Positions 53,191-64,000 of a stretch of 64,000 nucleotides of DNA are shown here, piece after piece. How positions within the stretch are numbered: position 1 is the first letter of the stretch; each line of letters begins with the position of its first letter. A program made the position numbers and the translations under genes. Under the pieces are notes generated by a model that saw only the letters and a list, made by a program, of their open reading frames with translations, made no database searches and was not told where the DNA came from. Origin of the DNA: Octopus sinensis (taxonomy: Eukaryota); the NCBI RefSeq assembly GCF_006345805.1, contig NC_043014.1, positions 2,480,001 through 2,544,000 of the forward strand, read 5' to 3'.

Positions 53191-54879
53191 TTAAATATAG
53201 AACAGAAATTTCTTTGTCCTGTCAAAAAATGATGGATGGTTTCCCTTCGACCTTCTACTGTAAAATAACCTCAGGCCAACCAAATCCTTGTGAGTGGATT
53301 TGGTAGCTCATTGTGTGTGTGTGTGTTTGTCTCTCCTTGTCTTGATATCTTATGAAAGCTGTAAATGAGTGTCACTGTCATACAAGCAGTGTCAATCATT
53401 TCCAGTATTCTGCACAAACATGTCTGGCCATGGGAAAATATTACCTTATTTGAAAAACAGATGAGGGTTGGTGACAGAAAGGGCATCCAGCTGTAGAAAA
53501 ATTTGCTTCAACAGATTCCATGAGAGCAAGGCAAGCATGGAAAAGTGGACATTAAAATGATGATGGTGATGGTGGTGGTGATGATAAAGATGAAAGGATG
53601 TGATTTGAGGGAGATGTGGCTGTTATTTGTTGCTAGTCAAGGGACCACCATCATCATCATCTTTTAACATCCGCTTTCCATGCTAGCATGGGTTGGACGA
53701 TTTTGACTGAGGGCTGGCGAACCAGATGGCTACACCAGGCCCCAATCTCGATCCGGCAGAGTTTCTACAGCTGGATGCCCTTCCTAACACCAATCACTCT
53801 GAGAGTGTAGTGGGTGCTTTTTATGTGCCAGGGGAGGCTGGCAACGGCCACCTTCGGTTGGTGCTTTTACGGGCCACCGGCACGGAAACCAAAGTCTGTT
53901 TCATTAGATGTCACTTTTGGTATTTGCTCCTAATTGCAGACCTTGATTGAATGTTATGTTTATTAAGTAATGTGTGGTGGTGGGGGCAGTAATTGTGTTG
54001 TTTTAATTATATCTTGACTGCAGCTCATTAATTCCACTAATTAACCCATTCATTACCAATTTTCTGTTGAAATACACTGCCTTTTCTTTTTAATTAATTA
54101 AACATTACGAAGAATTTAGTAAAATAACTTTCTCGTTATTAAACTGGTGTTTTTTTTTTTTGGTGCATAAATTAATGTGAAATTTTGATGGGTGCAGGTT
54201 TTAATTAAGATCTGCTTAAACGAGAATCACGTATCATAGAACTAGGGACCGTCTTAGGAAATTGGTATCAGAAAGGTTAATCATGGAATAGCCTTTATCT
54301 TGTTTCAGTCATTTGACTGTGGTCATGCTGGAGCACCTCCTTGAAGGATTTTATTCAAACAAATTGCCCCGGGGCTCTTTTTTTTTTTAAACCTTGTACT
54401 TTTTCTATCAGACTCTATTGCTGAACTGCCAAGTTACAGGGACATAAACATACCAGCATAAGTTATCAAGCAGTGATGGGGAGGGGACAAAGATACACGC
54501 ACAGCTGTATATATATAAATGAGTGTTTGTGTGTGTGTATGTTCCTTATGCATTTGAAAACTGGGTTACTGATTTTGACATATGGAGTATCAAAAGATTC
54601 GGTAATCTTTTGGCTACCAAATAAACTTTATCTTTGTTTACATATTGTCTACGTTATCTCAACAACCAGGTTTCATTAGAAAGTGAAAGTAGTTTCACAC
54701 TTTCAGTTTGAACTAAAATTACATCTACCAGATCCACTCACAAGGCCTTGGACGGCCCAAGGCTGTAGTAGATGACACTTGCTGATGATGCTACACTGCA
54801 GGATTGAACCCAGACTATGTGGTTGGGAAGCAAGCTTCTTACCACACAGCCACCCCCACGCCCCTATATATATATATGG

Positions 54880-55085
54880 GACCGTGTGTGTATCGTTGGC
54901 GATTTTTTTCCTCCGTCTTCCCTTCTTTGGATCTTTCCTTTTCCTATGTTTCTGATGAAGAGTTCCGCTCGAAATGTTAAATCCTCCTTCTTTCCTTCTT
55001 TCCTGAGCGTCCAATAATACTATACTTGTTCCACATCCTCGAGTTGTTGTGTTTTCTATTTGTGTTTTCATGTTTGGATTAACTA
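54880..55085 (+). mobile_element. Short repeat with hammerhead-like motif, family H5 (54948-54982)
   Basis: GUUU-CUGAUGA-A-GAGU(UCC)GCUC-GAAA-U-GUU-AAAU. Confidence 0.55.
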
Positions 55086-55106
55086 TATATATATATCATC
55101 ATCATC

Positions 55107-55142
<36 letters not shown>

Positions 55143-55736
55143 GCTTCTTTCAGTTTCTGCCTACCAAATCCACTGAGATGGCTTTGGTTGGCCCAAGACC
55201 ATAAAAGAAGACAATAACCCAGGGTGCCATGTGGTGGGATTGAACCCAGGACCATGTGGTTAAGAAGCAAGCTTCTTACCACAGTTGAATGAATTGGACC
55301 CCAATTCTTTTTTTTTTTGTCTTTACGTTTGGTACTTATTCTGTTAGTCTCTTTTTGCTAAACTGCTAAGTTGGGGTAAGGGTGTTGGGGTAGGCAACAC
55401 CAGCATTGATTGTCAAGCGGTGGTGTACGACAAACACAGACAGATAGACACGCAATGGGCTTCTTTCAGTTTCCATCTAGCCTGGTTTGCTGATCAGCCA
55501 GAGAGCTTCTGTATGATTTCCAGCTACCAATTTTACTTGCATTGCTTTCAAGATGTAGTGGACGAGACTTGTCCAAGGTGGTGGGCACTGGGATTGACCC
55601 AGAAGCCATGTGGTTGGGAAGGGAACTTAACGACACACAGTCATGCTTGTGCTGATAATTTTCTGTATTATCTTAATTGGATTGTCATCACGTACCAAAG
55701 CCTCTCAATAAACAAGGATATAAGGATATATATATA

Positions 55737-55771
<35 letters not shown>

Positions 55772-55898
55772 TTATACACACACACTGCCTTGTTCATTAA
55801 AAGTATATATGTATATATGTGTATAGATATATATATATATATACACACATACACACACTGCCTTGTTCATTAAAAGTATACATGTTTATATGTATGTA

Positions 55899-55929
<31 letters not shown>

Positions 55930-56679
55930 GAACACACACTCACAGCCTTGTTCATCAGAAGTATATATGCTTATATGTATGTATATACACATACACATAT
56001 ATTTAAAGATATACTTATATAAATATACACACACATATATACATACATATATATATATATATATGTACACACACACACACACATATTTGTGTATCTTTTT
56101 GTGTAATTAATTGAGTAATAAAAAATAATTGCACCCATGACTGGCAACTAAATTTTGTTGTTAATTACCCTCCTGGGGCACAGCTAACTGCAGCTTAAGC
56201 TGACATCAATAGTTTTGCTTCCTTATAATGGTATATTTGGTATTTGGTGGTGGAGGGGTGGCGATGGTGGAATGTTGGGGTGGGAGCTAACGAGAATGTG
56301 AGAGTAATAAGGAGGAGGAAAAGGAGAGAGGGAGAGAGAGACGAGGGAGGAGTGGAAAAATTGTGAATTGTGTGTGGGGGGAGAAGTGTGTTTGTAAGGG
56401 AGGTGGGAGGGATAATGTGGAGGTGTGGTTAGGCGGGAATGGAGGAGAAGGAGAGGAACTGACAGTAGAGGGTATGGAAGAGCAAAGGTGCTTGGACAGA
56501 AAGAGAAAGGAAATGTATGCCTGTGTGTGTGTGTGTGTTTGTAAGAAAGTGAGAACAAATGAGAGAGAGAGAGAGAGAGAGAGACCTTTATGATGCTGCA
56601 ACACATCTCTGACTTTCTAGAATTTTCTCTTGGAACCGTTTAAGCCAGATTATTCCAGTCAGTTTATCTTGGTAATGTC

Positions 56680-56880
56680 TACATCATAACTGCAAATTCT
56701 TTTATCTTGGATAGATTTACTTTGGACACCCTCTCTGCCCCGATCCCCGAGGCCTGTTTCCACGTTTTGAATATCTTCTCTAAGTCTTCTACAGACTCAG
56801 CTTTGAGAATCAACTGCTCAGTTCTTGGAAGGATTCCCATGCTACCAATCTGCTTGAGACTGCCCTGGGTTCTATGACTC
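56680..56880 (-). mobile_element. Degenerate RTE reverse-transcriptase remnant
   Basis: LKAESVEDLEKIFKTWKQ...KVNLSK resembles the segment following YADD in RTE RTs. Confidence 0.55.
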
Positions 56881-57279
56881 AAAATTCTTGTTTGAAACTG
56901 ATCTAAATTAACCCTTTAGTGTTCGCATTATTCTGCCAAAATTAATGCTTTTTTTATCCACATTGTTTTGAACTAATCATGCATTATCTTGTCGCTATGA
57001 GATTTTGATGAGGTAGCTGTTAATTTTTAAAACGATATTGTAGGGTTGGTCTGAGAGACCAGATCTGGCCAGTTTGAACATAAAACAAACAGAATACTTA
57101 TGGCCGGTTTAATTGCTAAAGGGTTAAAGCTTTACATCAAAATTTTGCACCAGGCACCGGTTTAATGACAAAAGTTTTCTTAATAAATTCTTGGTTAATT
57201 TCAAACGTAATTAAAACAAATGGATTGTGTTTCAATAGAAACATTGTAACAAAAGTATTAAAGTAATTAAAATCAAAAT

Positions 57280-57790
57280 CATCATCATCATCGTTTAATA
57301 TCAGCTTTCCATGCTGGCATGGGTTGGATGGTTTGACATGGAGCTGGTCACCAGAGAGCTGTCCAGACCCCCAACTGTCTGCATTGTCATGCTTTCTACA
57401 GCTGGATGCCCTCCCTAATACCAACCATTTAACAGAGTGTGCTGGATGCCTCTTTATGTGCCACTGGCATAGGTGCCTTTTATGTGTCACCAGCACCTGA
57501 AAGGACAGCCCCTAACTGTGTGGTTGACAATTTTACTTAGCTTGACGTGTCTTATAAAGTACAGCAAATTGGTACCAGTCTCTCGTCATTTCCTCAGTAA
57601 GGCCCAGCATCCAAAGACCCTTTCTCACTACTTGGTCTCATGTCTCCATGGGTCCACTCCTCCCGCAGGTGCCCTCCACAATTAGAGTTCCGCACCTGTT
57701 GATGCAGCAGCCCTCATCCATACGCATCGCATGACCAAGCCAGTGTAAGTCTTCTCTTTTACACACAACATTGGATGCCTCTTATACCCA
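57280..57790 (-). mobile_element. 5'-truncated RTE LINE 3' end, continuous with the family-A tail
   Basis: Minus-strand translation resembles the RTE ORF2 C-terminus (RLHWLGHAMRMDEGCC...GTCGR) and leads into the family-A 3' sequence, linking family A to an RTE partner. Confidence 0.65.
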
Positions 57791-58318
57791 TTTCTTTACT
57801 ACCAACTAGGGGCTAAACACAGAGGGGACAAACAAGGACAGACAAACGGATTAAGTCGATTACAGTGACCCCAGTGCGTAACTGGTACTTATTTAATCGA
57901 CCCCTAAAGGATGAAAGGCAAAGTCGACCTCGGCAGAATTTGAACTCGGAATGTAGCGGCAGACGAATTATGGCTATGCATTTCGCCCGGCATGCTAATG
58001 ATTCTGCCAGCTCGCCACCTTTATTTCTTTACTACCCACAAGGGGCTAAACACAGAGGGGACAAACAAGGACAGACAAACAGATTAAGTCAATTATATTG
58101 ACCCCAGTGCGTAAATGTTACTTAATTTATCAACCTCGAAAGGATGAAAGGCAATGTTGACCTCGGCGGAATTTGAACTCAGAATGTAGCGGCAGACAAA
58201 ATACCACTAAGCATTTTGCCTGGCACACTACTGATTCTGCCAACTTACCCTGCCTTATGCCTCTTATACCCAGCTTCCATTAAAATTTCATGTCAATTTA
58301 TGATCTAACTACAGCTTA

Positions 58319-58618
58319 GTGGAGGCACATGGCCTAGTGGTTAGAGCAGCGGACTCGCGGTCGAGAGATTGCAGGTTCAAATCTCAGACCGGGCGATGTG
58401 TGTGTTTATGAGCGAAACACCTAAGTTTCACGTGGCTCTGGCAGAAGGTAATGGCGAACTTCTGCTGACTCTTTCGCCACAACTTTCTCTCACTCTTTCC
58501 TCCTGCATCTTGAAGCTCACCTGTGATGGACCGGCGTCCCGTCCAGGTGGGGAACCTATACGCCAAGGAAACTAGGAAACCGGCTTTATGAGCCAGGCAT
58601 GGCTCGAGAAGGAACAAA
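58319..58618 (+). mobile_element. tRNA-derived SINE family D with 14-bp TSD
   Basis: A-box TGGCCTAGTGG and B-box GGTTCAAATC. TSD CTAACTACAGCTTA at 58305-58318 and 58619-58632. A related copy lies at ~34320-34520. Confidence 0.85.
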
Positions 58619-58633
58619 CTAACTACAGCTTAA

Positions 58634-58853
58634 CCCTTTCGTTACCGTATTTATTTTGAGATGCTTTGTGTTTCTTTCAATTACTTTAAATATAACAAAG
58701 AATTTAATAAAATAACTTCGTTATAATTAAGCTAGTGTTAGGAACATAAATTATGACTAAGGCTTGGTGGAATATTTTAGTTCAGAACTTATGAAAACAA
58801 GACATTTTACCACAGAGCCAGAGCCGGTTTTGGCCAGGTTAGTAACAAAAGGG
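58634..58853 (+). mobile_element. piggyBac-like MITE, second family
   Basis: TTAA|CCCTTTCGTTAC...GTAACAAAAGGG|TTAA. Related fragments at ~50750-51140 and ~52170-52370. Confidence 0.8.
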
Positions 58854-59174
58854 TTAATGACAAACTTATAAATAAATTCTGCGTTAATTTCAAAGTTAAT
58901 CGGAGCAAAAGGCAGCATATTTCATTTTAAACCTGATAGACGTATGATTTTAACCCTTTTGATCCCAAACTCACTCCGGATTGAATCTCGTTCTCTGATA
59001 CAGACTTCCTGTTTTGAAGTATTTTGAATTAAAACATTCCATTGGAATTTTCATGTCAACTTATTTTCTAAACACTCGTTTAATTATGACGAAGTTATTT
59101 TAATAAACCCTTCATTATTTTCAAAATTAATTGGAACAATGACAGTGTATTTTAAGAGAAATATGTAACAAAGT

Positions 59175-59425
59175 TACTGTCACCACCACCACCACCACCA
59201 CCTTCACCACCACCACCTTCACCACCACCACCTTCACCACTAGCACCTCCGCTACCACCACTGCTACCATTACCCTTCTACAATTGAGACCACCACCACC
59301 ACCACCACCACAAGCACAATTATCACCATCATTACAATCACCATCTCCAACACTACCACCAACACAACCATAAACAACCTCAACCACCACCGCCGTCACA
59401 ACCACCACTACAACTATCACCGACA
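59175..59425 (+). repeat. (CAC)n-type trinucleotide tract
   Basis: Visible. A (GAT/GAC)n-type tract is also present at ~30880-30980. Confidence 0.9.
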
Positions 59426-59952
59426 CTCCTCCTCCCTGCAGGACAGCTCCTACAGATATATATATTTGTAAAGAAGGAAGAAACGGCTGGTTAGTCTGAG
59501 ACAGTTCCTGGTTGTGCTGCTTTCTCTCTGTTCCAGTGGAAGACAAGGTTTCGGGGTCACTTTTGCTGTGTCTCTGCATTATTTTGTTGTGACAGCTTTT
59601 GAAAGTTACTTGTGTGTGTGTATGGCTGTGTGTATGTATATATATATGTATGTGTGTATGTATATATATATATATGTATGTATGTGTGTATATGTATATA
59701 TATATGTGTGTGTGTGTGCGTCTATGAATATGTGTCTGTGTATGTATATATACATATGTGTATGTGTGTATATATATATATGTGCATGTATGTATATATA
59801 TATGTGTGTGTGTATGTATATATATATGTGTGTGTGTATGTATATATATGTGTGTATGTATATATATATATGTGTGTGTGTGCGTCTATGAATATGTGTG
59901 TGTATGTATATATATGTGTGTATGTATGTATATATATATGTATGTGTGTATG

Positions 59953-59983
<31 letters not shown>

Positions 59984-62820
59984 ATCTAAATGTTTTAAAA
60001 TCTACACAGCCTTGGTTTTTTTATCTCATAATGAAAAAAAAAAACATTCTTATATACACACGCTGACACATGACCAACGTTGGACTCCTCATTTGCATAA
60101 TCACCGAACCTGGAACTTAACTATGGTCTATCCATATCACTTACTCAGCATTACCTGACACCTTTGGGTCTCTATGACACCATTACCTCTCTTAACCTAT
60201 ATATATATATAGATATATATTTATATTTATATATATATATATTTGTGTGTGTGTGTGTGTATATATTTTCTGTATGTGAAGGGGCTTATAGACTCACACC
60301 CCCACCCATTCTCTGTTACCTCTTGTGTACTTGTCAAACAACTTTATTGCATTAAGCATCATCATCATCATCATTGCCACCCTTAACCTGGATTCCGCCC
60401 TAGTTTGTTATTGAGGCCAGAGACATTCCTCTTTGGTAGAGCCCTCATCAAGTTTCACTTGATACACTTTAGATGAGTTGTAGTGCACCTGAGCACTGTA
60501 CACAATGTTTTATTATTATTATTATTAAGAGGAGGGTGAAGGTGGAAAGGTGAGGTGCTGTCCTCGAGTGAGTTTTTATTGAAAGGTGGGTGAATGTTGC
60601 AAAAATGGCAAGAGTGGATGGTACCTCTCTAAGTGTAGACCTGTGAGTTGGAGAAGGCACTTGCTCTGGGTGTTTAGGGAATTAGTCCCAGAGGTCCTCT
60701 TGTTTCAGAAGGACCACATCACCATCATCACTTTTTTTCCTTCTTTAATTTTACTGTTGTATTTTACATATGCTTCCTTTCTTTATTATGTACCATGTAT
60801 ACTCTCTCTCTCTCTCTTACATACATACATACATGCATATATATATATATATATATATAATATATATATATATTATATTAAATTAGAGATAAAACCACTA
60901 TTAGGCAAATCATACAATGAAAAACTCAAGCCAATACAATATTTTACTATAAAATTGGATTCAATCCTAAATCTGATTTTTCCCTGTAAGTTTGGATTTA
61001 TTCCCTAATATTTTATTATTAATTTATATATATATATCATCATCATCATCGTTTAACGTCCGTTTCCTTGCTATCACAGGTTGGACGGTTTGACCAGGGT
61101 CTGGGACCCAGGAGGCTGCACCAGGTTCCAGTCTGATCTGGCAATGTTTCTACAGCTGGATGCCCTTCCTAACGCCAACCACTCCGAGAGTATAGTGGGT
61201 GCTTTTTACGTGCCATCGGCACAGGTGCCAGGGGAGACTGCCAGTGGCCATGATCAGTTGGTGCTTTTTACATGCCACCAGCACAGAAGCCAGTCGACGC
61301 GGTGCTGGCATCGGCGACATTCAGATGGTGCTTTTTATGTGTCACCGGCATATATATATATATGTTTTGGTGCAAATGGTTTTGTTAAGCAGTGTTGAGT
61401 TTTACAATTCTATAAATAATAATGGTATTTTTTTATAAGCGATAAAATGACTAAGGAAAATAGTCTAATAACGGGGCACATAAGCCCTCAACAGAAAAAA
61501 GAAGGCTTTCCTGTACGCGTAGGACTTAAACCCACATCCCTTTGGTAATACGACCAAGTGTGTTACCCATTACACCAGCAAACCAGCCTGCTCCTTTCTG
61601 TCAAATTTAAGAACTACATTAGTTCGTAGTTGTTTTTGTAAACAAACTTTATGTGGTTTCGGTGCAAATGGTTTTGTTAAGCGGTGTCGAGTTTTACAAT
61701 TCTGTAAATAATAATAATACTATTTTTACTCTCTCTTTTACTCTTTTACTTGTTTCAGTCATTTGACTGCGGCCATGCTGGAGCACCGCCTTTAATCGAG
61801 CAACTCGACCCCGGGACTTATTCCTTTGTAAGCCTAGTACTTATTCTATCGGTCTCTTTTGCTGAACCGCTAAGTAACGGGGATGCAAACACACCAGCAT
61901 CGGTTGCCAAGCAATGCTAGGGGGACAAACACACATATATATACATATATACGATAGGCTTCTTTCAGTTTCCGTCTACCAAATCCACTCACAAGGCTTT
62001 AGTCGGCCCGAGGCTATAGTAGAAGACACTTGCCCAAGGTGCCACGCAGTAGGACTGAACCCGGAATCTTGTGGTTGGTAAACAAGCTACTTACTACACA
62101 GCCATTCCTGCGCCTAATAATAGTATTTTTTCATAAGCTTAAAGTTTATGGTGATCACCATACAAATGATTATGGAAAATAGTCTAATAAAGGGGCATAT
62201 AAGCCCTCGACAGAAAAAAAGAGGGCTTTCCTGTACACATATTATTTACTTTTATCATTTCATTACATGCAAAACCCCACACTTTATGTCTGTCTTGATA
62301 TTGTCTCCCTTATCCTTCACCCTGGTGGCAAATATGAGAAACAACCACCCCCATCATTATCATTATTATTAAGGAGGGAGCTGGCAGGATCGTTAGTACA
62401 TCAGGACAAAATCCTTAGTGGTAATTTCATCTGTCTTTATGGTCTGAGTTCAAATGTCACCAAGGTCAACTTTGCATTTCATCCTTTCAGGGTCTATAGA
62501 ATAAGTACCAGTTGGACACTGGGGTCAGTGTAATCGACTAGCCCCCACCACCCCGAAATTGCTGGCCTTGTGCCAAAACTTGAAACCATCATCATCATTA
62601 TTATTATCATTATTAAGAAGGTGGCAAGCTGGCGGAATTGTTAGCACGCTGAACGAAATGCGTAGCAGTATTTTGCCTGTTCCTGCATTCCGAGATCAAA
62701 TTCTGCCGAGGTCAATTTTGCCTTTCATCCTTTCGGGGGTCCATAAAATAAGTACCAGTGAAACACTGGGGTCGATGTAATTGACTAGTCCCCTCCCTCC
62801 AAATTTGAGGCTTTGTGCCC

Positions 62821-63186
62821 AAAGCAGAGATTGAAGGATTTTTAATTGCAGCTGAAGACCAAAGCCTCCCCACCAGAAATTACCAAAAACATGTAATGAA
62901 AAGAAACATAACAAGTAACTGCAGAATATGTGGAGATGGACAAGAAACAATAAATCATATTATCTCTAGCTGCCCAGTCCTGGCTAAGAAGGAATATATT
63001 CACAGACATGACAGAGTTGGAACCTATATACACTGGAAGCTATGCCAACATTATTGAATAACAACAGAAAAAAGATGGTATAAGCACACACCAGAAAAGG
63101 TCACAGAAAACGAGAAAGCAACCATACTCTGGGATATGCCGATACACACAGATAAAGAAATTAAGGCCAATAGGTCAGATATGGTG
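62821..63186 (+). mobile_element. R4/Dong-like (REL-endonuclease) LINE fragment
   Basis: CRICGDGQETINHIISSCPVLAKKEYIHRHDRV zinc knuckle, then ILWDMPIHTDKEIKANRSD. One in-frame TGA at 63055. Confidence 0.8.
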
Positions 63187-64000
63187 AAACTCTCTGCAAT
63201 GGGTGTGGGGGATGACCTTTTTAACTGGTTGAAATCCTTCATCCTCAGCCGAAAGGAGGTAGTCACAGTTCTAGGACAGCACTCTACACCATATGAGATG
63301 TCATCGGGTGTACCACAGGGATCTGTCCTTGGCCCCCTCTTGTTTGTGGCATACATTAACGACATAGATGCCAATTTAAAGAATGCCACAGTATTGAAAT
63401 ATGCAGACGACATCAAGCTGTACCTTGAAATCAAGAGGACAGATCCTGATGTCTACAACTCTTTCCTGCAATCAGACCTAGACACAATGCAGCAATGGAT
63501 CACAGACTGGCAACTGAAACTGGCTGTGGACAAGTGTACCACCATGCATTTTGGGAGAAAAAACCCTGCGTTCACATACTCCCTCCACAACACTGATATC
63601 AAGAAATCCTCTTGCGAGCGTGACCTAGGCATCACTGTCAGCAGTGATCTGCGTTGGTCAAAGCATATCTCTAAGATTGTCAGGAAGGCCGAGGGTGTCT
63701 TGGCATCACTCAGCAGGTCTTTTGTTAGCCGCTCTCCAGCCATCTATTTAAAACTGTATACAGCTATGGTACGACCACACTTGGAATTCGCATCATCAGT
63801 TTGGAACCCCTATCTTGCACAGAACATTGACCTCCTGGAATCTGTCCAGAGACGTGCAACCAAACGCATACCCTCCATCAGACACCTACCATATTCTGAG
63901 CGCCTTGTTTCCCTGGGCATGGATTCACTGAAGCTCCGGCGTTTGGCGACGGACTTGGTAAACACCCACAAAGTTATCAACCACCTCACCAACAACAACA
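63181..64000 (+). mobile_element. CR1/L2-like LINE ORF2 fragment (reverse transcriptase), stop-free to the window end
   Basis: SGVPQGSVLGPLLF...YADD (63400-63411)...RDLGITV...RPHLEFASSVWNP...LESVQRRATK. Confidence 0.93.

Noticed and set aside
59537-59600. Possible exon after the acceptor-like tgctttctctctgttccag
   Set aside because: No convincing donor or homology, and the frame runs into a microsatellite.

Overview
AT-rich, repeat-dense eukaryotic genomic DNA. The SINE/LINE/microsatellite landscape looks cephalopod (octopus-like) to me; that is inference and was not checked against a database. Two spliced genes sit head-to-head: the 5' half of TMEM209 (minus strand, five GT-AG coding exons between 13725 and 636, continuing off the left edge) and a complete four-exon LSM3 (plus strand, 16682-25137, 102 aa). 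A candidate first coding exon of an unidentified third gene lies at 47937-48043. The rest is SINEs (at least four families), LINE remnants (RTE, CR1/L2-like, R4/Dong-like, Penelope-like), hAT and piggyBac-like MITEs, mariner remnants and micro/minisatellites. The most striking unexplained signal is five sequence-unrelated short repeat families, each carrying a minimal type I hammerhead-ribozyme (HHR) fold. They include a 4 x 134-bp tandem array of the retrozyme type, a tRNA-headed SINE ending in an HHR, and four insertions with the same back-to-back inverted layout, one a ~6.3-kb palindrome. All ribozyme folds were read by eye and their activity is untested. Repeat boundaries are approximate.
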